A DNA stretch of 39,525 bases, from NCBI RefSeq assembly GCF_020103725.1, contig NZ_JAHXBG010000030.1:100337-139861 (forward strand), given 5' to 3'. Shown piece after piece: positions 8,830 through 18,368 of the stretch (positions are counted from its first letter, which is position 1; each line of letters begins with the position of its first letter). Below the pieces are notes generated by a model that ran no database searches, was not told where the DNA came from, and saw only the letters and a list, made by a program, of their open reading frames with translations. The position numbers and the translations under genes were made by a program. The stretch comes from Hyalangium gracile (GTDB taxonomy: Bacteria; Myxococcota; Myxococcia; Myxococcales; Myxococcaceae).

Positions 8830-10415
8830 TGGAAACCCCTGTCATGTCCCGACTGCTCGCACTCGTCGCCATCGCCCTGGTTCCGCTCACGGCGTCCGCC
8901 CAGGACGCGGGCGCCTACAACCGCGCGCTCGCCGCCTTCAACGCGGGGGATCTCGACACGGCCGCGCCGCTCTTCTTCGAGGCCTCCGAGGGTGGCTCGG
9001 ATCCGGAGACGAAGGGCAAGGCCGAGTACTACCTGGCGCAGACCTTCGCGAAGAAGGGGCTCCCGGTGAGCGCCTTCGTCACCTATGCGGCCATCATCAA
9101 GGAAGGCCCCAAGCACCCCTCGTACCTCAAGGCGGTGGAGGGGCTCGTCGACATGCAGCAGCAGCTGGACGAGCAGAACCTGATCCCCAGCCTCCTGAAC
9201 CAGGCCTACACGGACGAGGTGAGGGATCAGTGGGTGACGCTGCCCCGCGAGGTGCTCGCGCGCATCAACTACCTGGTGGGCACCATCAGCCACCGCCGCG
9301 GCCGCTTCGAGGAGGCGCGCTCGCTGCTGGAGGCCGTGCCGTCCGAGAGCCGCGTCTACGCCAAGGCGCAGTACCTGCTGGGCATCGTCCTGGCGGATCC
9401 GCGCTTCCCGGGCCGTCCGGGCGAGGCCGAGACGCTGGACAAGGCCGCGCTGGCCGCCTTCCAGAAGGTGCTGAGCCAGAAGGGCGAGCAGGCCGAGCGG
9501 CAGCTCGAGCTCAAGGAGACGCGAGAGCTGGCGATGCTGGGGCTCGGGCGCCTGCACTACGGCCGCGGGGAGTACAAGGAGGCGAGCGACGCCTACGAGG
9601 GCGTGCCGCGCTACTCGCGCTACTGGGACCAGGCCCTCTTCGAGAACGGCTTCTCCCGCTTCCAGAACGAGGACTTCGGCGGAGCGCTCGGCAGCCTCCA
9701 GGCGCTGCATGCGCCCCAGTTCGCCGGTGCCTTCCAGCCCGAGTCGTGGATCCTCAAGGCGACCGTCTACTACTACAGCTGCCTCTTCGACGAGGTGAAG
9801 ACGACGCTGGCCGCGTATGACGAGGTGTACGGGCCCATGGCGCAGCAGCTCCAGCCCTTCGTGGGCGAGGACATGGAGTTGATCCCGGCCTTCAACCTGG
9901 TGTCCGCCGCGGAGAACCGGCGGCTGCCGCGCCCCGTCTACCTGTGGATCCGCAACAACGAGCGCGTCCGCGAGGTGATGCGGGTGCTGGCCAACGTGGA
10001 CGCGGAGAAGCGGTCCATCGCTGGGATGTCTTCCTGGAAGGGTAGCGCGCTGGCGACGCAGACGATGGCGGCGCTGGAGGATGTGCGCAACACGCTGCTC
10101 CAGGTGGGCGGCACGCTGGCCAAGAGCCGCCTGCGCGAGGCGGCCGACAACCTGCGCACCTTCTCGGACCAGGCGGAGATCATCCGCGTGCAGACGGCGC
10201 TCGATCAGAAGGATCTGCTCCAGGCCGGCGTGGACCAGAAGGCACTGCTCACCCGGCAGTCGCTCTACCGGCCCGCCATGCCCGGGGCCGCCTGGAACTA
10301 CTGGAAGTTCCAGGGCGAGTTCTGGATCGACGAGATCGGCTACTACCAGTACACCCTCAAGCGGGGGTGTCCGGCGAAGCCGGCCCAGGAGCGCTCCGAG
10401 CTGGGCGCGCGATAG
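8829..10415 (+). CDS. nfsC: Secreted TPR-repeat protein (NfsC/GltC-like)
   Basis: A signal peptide (METPVMSRLLALVAIALVPLTASAQDAG) is followed by multiple TPR-like helical repeats (AEYYLAQTFAKKG, AQYLLGIVLA, LGRLHYGRGEYKEASDAY). The alternative start is 8844. It sits third in the cluster. Confidence 0.75.
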   Translation: METPVMSRLLALVAIALVPLTASAQDAGAYNRALAAFNAGDLDTAAPLFFEASEGGSDPETKGKAEYYLAQTFAKKGLPVSAFVTYAAIIKEGPKHPSYLKAVEGLVDMQQQLDEQNLIPSLLNQAYTDEVRDQWVTLPREVLARINYLVGTISHRRGRFEEARSLLEAVPSESRVYAKAQYLLGIVLADPRFPGRPGEAETLDKAALAAFQKVLSQKGEQAERQLELKETRELAMLGLGRLHYGRGEYKEASDAYEGVPRYSRYWDQALFENGFSRFQNEDFGGALGSLQALHAPQFAGAFQPESWILKATVYYYSCLFDEVKTTLAAYDEVYGPMAQQLQPFVGEDMELIPAFNLVSAAENRRLPRPVYLWIRNNERVREVMRVLANVDAEKRSIAGMSSWKGSALATQTMAALEDVRNTLLQVGGTLAKSRLREAADNLRTFSDQAEIIRVQTALDQKDLLQAGVDQKALLTRQSLYRPAMPGAAWNYWKFQGEFWIDEIGYYQYTLKRGCPAKPAQERSELGAR

Positions 10416-10446
10416 GCTCGGGTAGCACTCGGGCGGTCAGGAGTAA

Positions 10447-10492
10447 CGGGGCAGGCCCGCGCGTTGTTCCGCGCCGTGGCCGCCCCGTTTTC
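10447..10492 (+). terminator. GC-rich stem-loop followed by TTTT between nfsC and nfsD; candidate intrinsic terminator or attenuator
   Basis: The arms cggggcaggcc...ggccgccccg (with a nested cgcgc pairing) are followed by gtttt, 30 nt after the nfsC stop. Confidence 0.4.
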
Positions 10493-10618
10493 CTGTTCAG
10501 CCGTCGAAAGCCGTAGTGCCCTCCGGGGCGCATTCCGTCGTGTTGGCACGGTTGCAGCACTTCTCATTCCAGGAGTGCGCGTCTACCTTCGGTCGTCCCT
10601 TCGATGGCAGGAGTTCGC

Positions 10619-13600
10619 ATGAAGGCGTTCCTTCGTTTCGGTGCGCTGGCGGTGGGTGTAGCGCTCACCGCGAGCGGGGTGGGGGAGGCGGCAGCCTCCA
10701 AGAGGGCGGCGAAGAAGCCTCCAGCGGCGGCAGCCAAGGCGGGCGCGACGTCGAAGAAGTCCACGGCCTCCAGGTCCGCGTCCAAGGACGCCGCGACCAG
10801 GCCGGTGTCGGCCATCCCGGGTGAGCCCGAGGAGAAGGAGCGGCGCAACGGCCCCGCGCGGGTGAGCCCGGCCGCCGGCAAGTTCGCCGATCTGCCGCGC
10901 ATCGCCGACAGCAAGAAGGACGCGCTGGCGGACAAGAAGCGCGACGAGGCCATCGAGGGCTTCAAGCGGCTGATCCCGAAGATCCAGGACGGCACCTCGC
11001 GCAAGGCCGACCTCTTGTACCGGCTCTCGGAGCTGTACTGGGAGAAGTCCAAGTACCTCTACCGGCTGGAGATGGACCGGTACCTGGAGGCGGAGAAGAA
11101 GTACGACGCGGCGGTGGCGCGCGGCGAGAAGGTGGAGGCCCCGAAGGAGGACCACCGCGATAGCGAGCGCTACCGCGCGGAGACGATGAGCCTCTACGAG
11201 GACATCCTGCGCGACTATCCGCAGTACGAGCTGCGTGACGAGGTGCTCTTCTCGCAGGCCTACAACCTCCAGGAGCTGAACCGCGGCCCGGAGGCGGTGA
11301 AGCGCTACGAGGAGCTGATCCGCGACTTCCCGAAGTCGCAGTTCGTCCCGGACGCGTACATCCAGCTGGGCAACCACTACTTCGAGAACAACAAGCTCGT
11401 CCCGGCCAAGCAGAACTACGAGAAGGCGCGCGACACGGGCGTGCCGAAGATCTACGCCTACGCCATCTACAAGCTGGCCTGGTGCGACTACAACAGCGGT
11501 GACTACGAGCAGGGCCTCCAGAAGCTGCAGGAGGCGGTGCAGTTCGCGGAGACGCGCGGCGAGGAGCTGGGCGACCTCAAGACGGAGGCGCTCAATGACC
11601 TGACCGTCTTCTTCGTGCAGCTCGATCAGCCCAAGGAGGCCATCGCCTACTTCAAGGCGAAGGCGCCGACGAAGCGGCAGGCGCGGCTCATCTCCAAGAC
11701 GGCGGTGGGGCTGGCGGACGCCGGCCACTTCGACAGCGCGATCCACATGTTCCGCTGGCTCATCGAGGACAAGCCGATGGGGCCGGGCGCGCCCGAGTAC
11801 CAGCAGGCCATCGTCCGGGCCTACGAGGGGCTGCGCCAGCGCACGCAGGTGCGCTCCGAGATGAAGAAGATGGTGGAGCTCTACCGGCCGGGCGGGACGT
11901 GGTGGGAGGCCAACACCGGCAACAAGACGGTGCTGCGCAACGCCTTCAACGTCACCGAGGAGGCCATGCGCGTGATGGTGACGGAGTACCACCAGGAGGC
12001 GCAGAAGACGCGCCAGGTGGAGACCTACCGGCTCGCGCGCGACATCTACAAGGAGTACGTGGACACGTTCGCCTCCAGCAAGGATCCGGAGTTCATCTCG
12101 GACTCGGCCTTCAACCTGCGCTTCTTCTACGCGGAGATCCTCTGGACGCTCGAGGAGTGGGAGGCGGCCGCCGCCCAGTACGACTCCGTGGTGGCGTTCC
12201 AGATCCCGGACCGCGACTCGGCGCGTGAGGTGTCCAACGAGTCCTACCGCAAGAGCGCCTCGTTCGCCGCGGTGCTGGCCTACGACAAGCTGGTGAAGAT
12301 CGAGCGCGGCCAGCTCACCAAGAGCGACCTCAAGGACGGCCAGAAGGTCGACGAGAACAAGTACAAGGGCGACGTCGAGAAGAAGCGCATCGTCAAGAAG
12401 GACGCGAAGGAGCAGCAGGAGCAGCCGCTCACGCGCTTCGAGGAGCGCCTGGTCGCCGCGTGCGACGTCTACAACAAGCTCTATCCGGACAACCCGGACG
12501 AGGTGGACCTGCGCTACCAGGCGGCGGTCATCCTGTATGACCGGAACCACTTCGTGGACGCCGCGCGGCGCTTCGGAGAGATCATCGTCAAGTACCCGGA
12601 GGAGCGGCGCTCGCGGGACGCGGCGGACCTGACCATGTTCGTGCTCGAGAGCCGCGAGGAGTGGTACGAGCTCAACCAGCTGTCGCGCCAGTTCATGGCC
12701 AACAAGAAGCTGACGAAGCCGGGCACCGAGTTCGCCACCCGCGTGGCCAAGGTGGTGGAGGGCAGCCAGTACAAGTGGGTGGATGAGGTCGTCTACCGCA
12801 AGGAGAAGAACCCGAAGAAGGCCGCCGAGCTCTTCCAGGAGTTCGTCACCGAGTTCCCCAAGTCGGAGAACGCGGACCGGGCGCTCACCTACGCGATGAT
12901 CATCTTCCAGGAGGCCGCCGAGCTGGATCGCGGCGTCGAGGCCGGCGAGCGCGTCCTGCGCGAGTATCCGGATAGCGTCTTCAACCTGAAGGTCCGCTAC
13001 ACGCTGGCCGGCTTCTACGAGAAGATGGCCGAGTTCAAGAAGGCCGCCGAGGCGTACGAGGCCTTCGTCGCCGCCTATGACACCGCCACGGGCAACGGCT
13101 CGGGCGCGAAGAAGGGCAAGGGCGCGAAGAAGGCTCCGGCGTCGAAGGTCGCCCAGAGCGGCGGCGAGCGCCAGCAGCTCATCCAGGAGGCCGAGGCGTG
13201 GGTGGCCGACGCGCTCTTCAACGCGGGCCTCTGGTGGGAGGGCGTGGGCGCCTCGCCGAAGGCCATCGCCGCCTACAGCGCGTACATCTCGCGCTTCCGG
13301 GACCGCAAGGACGTGCCGCAGCTGGCCTTCAACATCGCCCTGGTCCACGAGAAGGACGGACGCTGGGAGAGCGCGGCGAAGGCGTTTGCCTCCTTCGCGG
13401 ACACGTACGCGAAGGACTCGCGCACCACCGCCGGCCAGCTCTACCTGGCGAAGTACCGCGAGCTGATGGCGTACCGGCAGCTCAAGAGCCCGCGGGACAT
13501 GGAGCGCGTGCAGGGCGAGCTGGTGCGCGGCTGGGCCCGGCTCTCCGAGGAGGACAAGAAGAACGTCAGCCTGCTGGACGCCTACGCCCACGCTCGCTTC

Positions 13601-14242
13601 CTGGAGCTGGAGTCGCTGTGGAAGCGCTACACGGACATCAAGTTCTCGCGCGTGTCCACCATCCGGAGGGATCTGGCCGCCAAGCAGCGCGAGATCCAGA
13701 AGGTGGAGAAGGAGTACGCGGCGGTGCTGGCCATCGGCTCGGGCGAGTGGGGCATCGCGGCGCTCACCCGGATCGGGCTTGCGTACTCGGACTTCGCTCG
13801 CAACATCCTCGAGTCGCCGGATCCCAAGGGGCTGGATGAGGATCAGCTGGCCATGTACCGCAGCGAGCTCGAGAACCTGGCGCTCCCGCTCGAGGACAAG
13901 TCCACCGAGGCGCTGGAGAAGGCGCTCGACAAGGCCTACGAGCTGTCCATCTACAACGAGTGGACGCTGGCGGCGCAGGACCAGGTGAACAAGTACCGTC
14001 CGGGGGCCTACGCCCAGGTGCGGCAGGTGCCCTTCCGCGGCAGCGAGTTCTTCGCCACCTCGGACGTGGCCAAGGATCCGGGGATGTCGGCCGCCGCCAC
14101 CGCGGGCGCCGCTCCCGCCGCTCCCGCCGCCGCTGGCACTCCGACGCCGGCTCCGGCGACTCCGGAGTCCCAGTCGGCTCCTCAGTCTCCTCCACAGGGC
14201 TCGCCCGCGCCCGCCGCCACGGTGGGGGAGGCCCGGCCGTGA
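10619..14242 (+). CDS. nfsD: Large (~1207 aa) periplasmic TPR-repeat protein with a Pro/Ala-rich C-terminal tail (NfsD/GltD[AgmU]-like)
   Basis: A signal peptide (MKAFLRFGALAVGVALTASG) is followed by repeated TPR motifs throughout (e.g. YIQLGNHYFENNKLVPAKQNYEKA, AIYKLAWCDYNSGDYEQGLQKLQEA) and a C-terminal APAAPAAAGTPTPAPATP tail. Size and position match the ~1200-aa NfsD/GltD. A GCAGGAG RBS precedes the ATG at 10619. Confidence 0.8.
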   Translation: MKAFLRFGALAVGVALTASGVGEAAASKRAAKKPPAAAAKAGATSKKSTASRSASKDAATRPVSAIPGEPEEKERRNGPARVSPAAGKFADLPRIADSKKDALADKKRDEAIEGFKRLIPKIQDGTSRKADLLYRLSELYWEKSKYLYRLEMDRYLEAEKKYDAAVARGEKVEAPKEDHRDSERYRAETMSLYEDILRDYPQYELRDEVLFSQAYNLQELNRGPEAVKRYEELIRDFPKSQFVPDAYIQLGNHYFENNKLVPAKQNYEKARDTGVPKIYAYAIYKLAWCDYNSGDYEQGLQKLQEAVQFAETRGEELGDLKTEALNDLTVFFVQLDQPKEAIAYFKAKAPTKRQARLISKTAVGLADAGHFDSAIHMFRWLIEDKPMGPGAPEYQQAIVRAYEGLRQRTQVRSEMKKMVELYRPGGTWWEANTGNKTVLRNAFNVTEEAMRVMVTEYHQEAQKTRQVETYRLARDIYKEYVDTFASSKDPEFISDSAFNLRFFYAEILWTLEEWEAAAAQYDSVVAFQIPDRDSAREVSNESYRKSASFAAVLAYDKLVKIERGQLTKSDLKDGQKVDENKYKGDVEKKRIVKKDAKEQQEQPLTRFEERLVAACDVYNKLYPDNPDEVDLRYQAAVILYDRNHFVDAARRFGEIIVKYPEERRSRDAADLTMFVLESREEWYELNQLSRQFMANKKLTKPGTEFATRVAKVVEGSQYKWVDEVVYRKEKNPKKAAELFQEFVTEFPKSENADRALTYAMIIFQEAAELDRGVEAGERVLREYPDSVFNLKVRYTLAGFYEKMAEFKKAAEAYEAFVAAYDTATGNGSGAKKGKGAKKAPASKVAQSGGERQQLIQEAEAWVADALFNAGLWWEGVGASPKAIAAYSAYISRFRDRKDVPQLAFNIALVHEKDGRWESAAKAFASFADTYAKDSRTTAGQLYLAKYRELMAYRQLKSPRDMERVQGELVRGWARLSEEDKKNVSLLDAYAHARFLELESLWKRYTDIKFSRVSTIRRDLAAKQREIQKVEKEYAAVLAIGSGEWGIAALTRIGLAYSDFARNILESPDPKGLDEDQLAMYRSELENLALPLEDKSTEALEKALDKAYELSIYNEWTLAAQDQVNKYRPGAYAQVRQVPFRGSEFFATSDVAKDPGMSAAATAGAAPAAPAAAGTPTPAPATPESQSAPQSPPQGSPAPAATVGEARP

Positions 14243-15687
14243 TGCGCACTCCATCCAAGGTACCCGCAGGGAAGACCGCCATGACGATCGCCCGCACGTT
14301 CGCCGCCGCCGCGCTCGCCTTCACGACCGCGTGCGCCAAGGCTCCCCAGGTCAAGCCGTCACCTGTCACCGAGGTGGCGCCCAGGCCGTCGCCGACGCAG
14401 GTGGCTGCTCAGCCCTCCTCGCCCGCGGCGTCGCCCTCGGCGGCTCCGTCGTCCGGGGCCAACGAGTCCGGGACGCACCAGCTGTTCGTGTCGGCGCTCG
14501 CGTCGTTCGACGCGGGGGACTACGACGCCGCGCGCAAGGGCTTCGAGGAGGTGGTGGCCAAGGCCCCGCAGAGCCTCAACGCCCAGTTCAACCTGGGGCT
14601 CATCGCCGAGCGCCAGGGCCGGCTCGCGGATGCCCAGGCGGCCTACGAGAAGGTCCTCTCGGTGGACGCCAACCACCAGCCCTCGCTGCTGAACCTGGGC
14701 CGGCTGTACCGGCTGCAGGACCAGTTCGAGTCCGCCATCAACCTGTACGAGAAGGCGCTGAAGACGCCGGGCCGCGAGCATGACGTGGCGCTGCTCAACA
14801 ACCTCACGGTGGCCTACCGGCTGGCCGGGAAGTTCGAGCAGGCCGAGGCCACCGCCCGGCGCGTGCTGGCGCGCAGCAAGGACAACCCCGAGGCCTACAA
14901 GAACCTGGCCCTCATCTACTACGACCAGGGGCAGTACCGGCTGGCGGAGGTGGTGAGCGCCAACGCGCGCAAGCTCGCGGAGAGCGATCCGGGCGTCTAC
15001 AACAACCTGGGGATGATCTACCTGAAGCTGAACGATCGCTCCCGCGCGCTGGCCCAGTTCCAGAAGGCCGTGTCGCTCGATCAGAAGTTCGCTCCGGGCC
15101 ACCTGAACATCGGCGCCATGGCGCTGGCCTACCGGGACTACCTGGGCGCGGAGCGCTCCTTCGCCAAGGCGGTGGAGCTCGATCCCACCTCCTACGAGGG
15201 CCACCTCTATTACGCCTACGCGCTCGACGGGCAGAAGGGGCGCGACCCGAAGAAGGGGCTCGCGGCGGGCGAGGCCTTCGAGAAGGTGCTCACCCTGCGC
15301 CCCGAGCAGCCGGATGCCGTCTGCGGCGCCGGCTGGGCCTACGCGGCGGACCGGGGCGGCTGGGACAAGGCGCTCGGCTTCCTCGAGCGCTGCAAGGGGC
15401 TGCAGAGCACCTCCGATCAGGACAAGCAGATGATCGAGGCGAAGCTGCAGGGCATCGCGGCCATGAAGAAGAGCGGCGCGCAGCAGCCCGCCGACGAGGA
15501 GAGGAAGGAAGCCACCCCGGCCCAGGGCGGCGACGGTTCGCTGCTCGACAAGGTGTCCGAGGATGCGGCGCGCCAGGAGGGCACTCCTCCCGAGGAGGTG
15601 GCGCCCGCGGGTGATGCGGCCTCCAGCGAGGCTCCGGCGGGCAATGACGCTCCGAGCAGCACGCCTGCTCCCTCTCCTGTCCCGTGA
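14242..15687 (+). CDS. nfsE: TPR-repeat lipoprotein (NfsE/GltE[AglT]-like)
   Basis: Its start overlaps the nfsD stop (ATGA). A lipoprotein-type signal MTIARTFAAAALAFTTAC is present (alternative start 14281). A Pro/Ser-rich linker is followed by 8+ TPR repeats (YDAARKGFEEVVAKAPQSLNAQFNLGLI..., AYKNLALIYYDQGQY...) and an acidic C-terminal tail. Confidence 0.75.
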   Translation: MRTPSKVPAGKTAMTIARTFAAAALAFTTACAKAPQVKPSPVTEVAPRPSPTQVAAQPSSPAASPSAAPSSGANESGTHQLFVSALASFDAGDYDAARKGFEEVVAKAPQSLNAQFNLGLIAERQGRLADAQAAYEKVLSVDANHQPSLLNLGRLYRLQDQFESAINLYEKALKTPGREHDVALLNNLTVAYRLAGKFEQAEATARRVLARSKDNPEAYKNLALIYYDQGQYRLAEVVSANARKLAESDPGVYNNLGMIYLKLNDRSRALAQFQKAVSLDQKFAPGHLNIGAMALAYRDYLGAERSFAKAVELDPTSYEGHLYYAYALDGQKGRDPKKGLAAGEAFEKVLTLRPEQPDAVCGAGWAYAADRGGWDKALGFLERCKGLQSTSDQDKQMIEAKLQGIAAMKKSGAQQPADEERKEATPAQGGDGSLLDKVSEDAARQEGTPPEEVAPAGDAASSEAPAGNDAPSSTPAPSPVP

Positions 15688-15876
15688 GCACCCCGGACGG
15701 GACAAATGACCGGACGCAGTGAGAAGATTTTTCACCTTTGGGGGCGGGCGACGTGGCAGGCGCGAGGCAAGTTCCCTACGATCCAAGGGGTTGGGCCTGG
15801 ATCGACTCCTGCAAGGATCTGCGGGAACCTCTTCCAGGGCCCGCTGTCGAAACCGATGGGTGAACGGAGGCTGAAG

Positions 15877-16152
15877 ATGAAGCGACTGGCATCGGCGGTG
15901 GTGGCGGCGGCGGTGTGGGCAGGCCCTGCGGTGGCTCAGGAGAAGGACGAAGTGAAGGTCATCCAGGAGGAAGACAAGACGGTCTATCGGAAGAAGACCG
16001 TCATCGACTTCACGGATGTCACGGTCGAGGGCGAGCTCACCAAGCCCGAGGGCTCCTACGTCCTCAACCGGAAGAAGACGGACTTTCAGAGCCTCATCAA
16101 GGTCCGGGACAACTTCAACCCCGAGCTGCAGAAGTCGGTGGACAACCTCTAG
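15877..16152 (+). CDS. nfsF: Small secreted protein (~91 aa) (NfsF/GltF-like)
   Basis: MKRLASAVVAAAVWAGPAVAQE is a signal peptide, and a GGAGG RBS lies 7 nt upstream of the ATG at 15877. The six-frame ORF from 15706 adds an unlikely leader. Size and position match the ~90-aa NfsF/GltF. Confidence 0.6.
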   Translation: MKRLASAVVAAAVWAGPAVAQEKDEVKVIQEEDKTVYRKKTVIDFTDVTVEGELTKPEGSYVLNRKKTDFQSLIKVRDNFNPELQKSVDNL

Positions 16153-16206
16153 CGCCTGAAGGGGGCGCGCGTTTTCTGGGTGTGGAAGGGGAAGGGAACG
16201 ATCCTC

Positions 16207-18138
16207 ATGGCGGCGGCGAAGAACAACGGATTGAGGTTGCGCATCACGGGGCCGGACGGGTCCACGATGGAGACCATCGCGGACGCGGAGAGCATCATCG
16301 TCGGCTCGGGTGCACAGGCGGCGGTGAAGATTCCGGACCCTAGCGTCTCCAACCTCCACCTGATGTTGAAGGTGGACAAGGACGGCGGGGTGACGGCGAT
16401 TGATCTCGGCAGCGAGTCCGGGACGCAGGTGGGCGGGCAGCGGCTGATGGTGCCCAAGCCCCTGGCGTCCGGAGACGTGCTGACGGTGGGCGCATCCCGG
16501 GTGGAGGTGCTCTTCGGAGAGGCGGAGCCGCCGGCGCCCAAGGTGCCGGTGGGCGCGCAGGTGAGCGGCAGGGCCTTCCAGGGCTCGGTGACGCAGCGCA
16601 CGCCGGCGCCTCCGGCCAGGCACGCGGCGCCCGAGGTAGTGGTGCCGCCGTCGAGCCGGACGCTGACGCCTCCGGGGCTGCGGATGAAGGGGGCGGCGAC
16701 GACGCCGGTGCCCCTGCCGACGAAGAAGCCGGAGACGCCGGCCCACCTGCAGGAGCCGCTGCCGCCGGACGCCGTGCCGACGCCCGAGGCCAAGGTGCTC
16801 CAGGTGGCGATGCTCTGGGGCGACCAGATCCTCGAGGTGCAGCACTTCCGGGACGGGGTGCCTGTCACCATCGGCGAGGCCAAGAAGAACTTCTTCCACG
16901 TCTTCACGTCCGAGGTGGGCGCGCGCCACGTGCTCGCGGTGGCCCAGGGCGACAAGGTGGAGCTGCGCGTGCCCGCGGGTGGCGGCGTCTTCGTCACCAC
17001 TCGGGGCGATGTGCGGACCAAGAGCGCGCTGCGCGCTTCCGGCCAGCTGGCGCCGTCGGTGGCGAGCCAGGGCCAGGTCCTCTCGCTGGGCCTGCACGAC
17101 CGGGCGGAGGTGTCGCTCGGGACGATCTCCTTCGTGGTGCGGTACGTGAGGCCGTCGCCAACGGTCCAGGTGAACACGCTGAACGAGGCGGACTTCACCT
17201 ACTTCAAGATCGCCTGCATCACGGTGATGGCGGCCGCGGCGGTGGTGGCGGCCATGCTGCTGACGCCGCGCTCGGAGCTGCCCACGCCGGATGACATCCT
17301 CCGGGACCAGGAGCGCGTGGCGAAGTTCCTCATCAAGCCCGAGCAGAAGGTCGAGGTGAAGAAGCTGAAGCTGGCCGGGGTGGAGGAGGGCGCCAAGGCC
17401 AAGGACGAGGAGGGCAAGTTCGGCAAGGAGGAGGCGAAGAAGGCCGAGGCGGATCCCTCGAAGCCGGGCACTCCGGTGGTGGACAAGACCAAGCGCGAGA
17501 AGGACCGCCAGGTGGTGGGCAAGGTGGGTCTGCTGGGCGCCTTCAAGGGCCTGAAGGGCGGCGCCTCGGATGTGTTCGGGCCGGGCGGCCTGGGCACCGG
17601 CATCAACAACTCGCTCGGTGGCCTGAAGTCGGGCGCGGGGCTGGGGGATGCGCAGGGCGTGGGTGGCCTGGGCTCTCGCGGCAACGGCACGGGCGGTGGT
17701 GGCACGGCGCTGGGCATCGGCGGCCTGGGCACCAAGGGTGACGGTCGCGGCACCGGTGGCCGCGGCGGCATCGACCTGGGTGGCAAGGGCAAGGCGACCA
17801 CGAAGATCATCCCTGGCAAGACGACGGTGGTCGGCGGTCTCGACAAGGAAGTGATCGCCAAGATCATCCGGCAGCACCAGAACGAGATCAAATACTGCTA
17901 CGAGTCCGAGCTGAACAAGAACCCGAGCCTGGCGGGCAAGGTGGCGGTGGCCTTCACCATCGACCCGGCGGGCGCGGTGGCGGACGCCTCGGTGACGGAG
18001 ACGACGCTGAACAACTCCACGGCGGAGAACTGCATGCTGTCGCGCATCCGCCGCTGGAAGTTCCCGGAGCCCAAGGGCGGCGGCGTGGTGGCGGTCACCT
18101 ACCCGTGGCTCTTCTCGCCCGCGGGTACCGAGGAGTAG
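16207..18138 (+). CDS. nfsG: FHA-domain / single-TM / Gly-rich / TonB-C-like protein (NfsG/GltG[AgmX]-like)
   Basis: The N-terminus has an FHA fold pattern (LRITGPDGSTMETIADAESIIVGSG...GGVTAIDLGSESGTQVGGQRL...GDVLTVG). The TM helix is FKIACITVMAAAAVVAAMLL. Lys/Glu-rich and GLGxG-repeat segments follow, then a C-terminal TonB-C-like domain (IIRQHQNEIKYCYESELNKNPSLAGKVAVAFTIDPAGAV...). The track ORF starts at a GTG (16180); the ATG at 16207 with an upstream GAAGGG is preferred. Confidence 0.8.
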   Translation: MAAAKNNGLRLRITGPDGSTMETIADAESIIVGSGAQAAVKIPDPSVSNLHLMLKVDKDGGVTAIDLGSESGTQVGGQRLMVPKPLASGDVLTVGASRVEVLFGEAEPPAPKVPVGAQVSGRAFQGSVTQRTPAPPARHAAPEVVVPPSSRTLTPPGLRMKGAATTPVPLPTKKPETPAHLQEPLPPDAVPTPEAKVLQVAMLWGDQILEVQHFRDGVPVTIGEAKKNFFHVFTSEVGARHVLAVAQGDKVELRVPAGGGVFVTTRGDVRTKSALRASGQLAPSVASQGQVLSLGLHDRAEVSLGTISFVVRYVRPSPTVQVNTLNEADFTYFKIACITVMAAAAVVAAMLLTPRSELPTPDDILRDQERVAKFLIKPEQKVEVKKLKLAGVEEGAKAKDEEGKFGKEEAKKAEADPSKPGTPVVDKTKREKDRQVVGKVGLLGAFKGLKGGASDVFGPGGLGTGINNSLGGLKSGAGLGDAQGVGGLGSRGNGTGGGGTALGIGGLGTKGDGRGTGGRGGIDLGGKGKATTKIIPGKTTVVGGLDKEVIAKIIRQHQNEIKYCYESELNKNPSLAGKVAVAFTIDPAGAVADASVTETTLNNSTAENCMLSRIRRWKFPEPKGGGVVAVTYPWLFSPAGTEE

Positions 18139-18368
18139 GGCTCGGCCGTCTGGCTCGGAGCTGAAGTGTGAGAGCCTCCGGTGCGCCTCAGGGTGCCCGG
18201 GGGCTCTTCTCTTTGCGGGCCGCCTCGGGGGCTCGAGGCGGAGTCGTGGGATGGATGACGTTCGCCCTGAAGAAGTTTCACGTCGAGCGTTGCCGACGTG
18301 CGGGAGGCGTCATTAACGTCCAGCGCCGCTTCGGGATGTTCCTGGGAGGGCCTGCGTCGGGAGGTACT

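Noticed and set aside
10540-10565. TGGCACGG-TTGCAGCA resembling a sigma-54 -24/-12 promoter upstream of nfsD
   Set aside because: The GG-to-GC spacing is 7 nt instead of the required 10, so it is not a canonical RpoN site.
10583-14254. 1223-aa ORF on the minus strand, antisense to nfsD
   Set aside because: The product is Arg/Gly/Leu/Pro-rich low-complexity with no domains. The sense strand encodes a coherent signal peptide and TPR repeats. Long stop-free antisense frames are expected with GC3-rich codons at 70% GC.
14359-17877. 1172-aa ORF on the minus strand, antisense to nfsE-nfsG
   Set aside because: It is the same kind of artefact. It spans three sense-strand genes that have clear TPR, FHA and TonB-C features.
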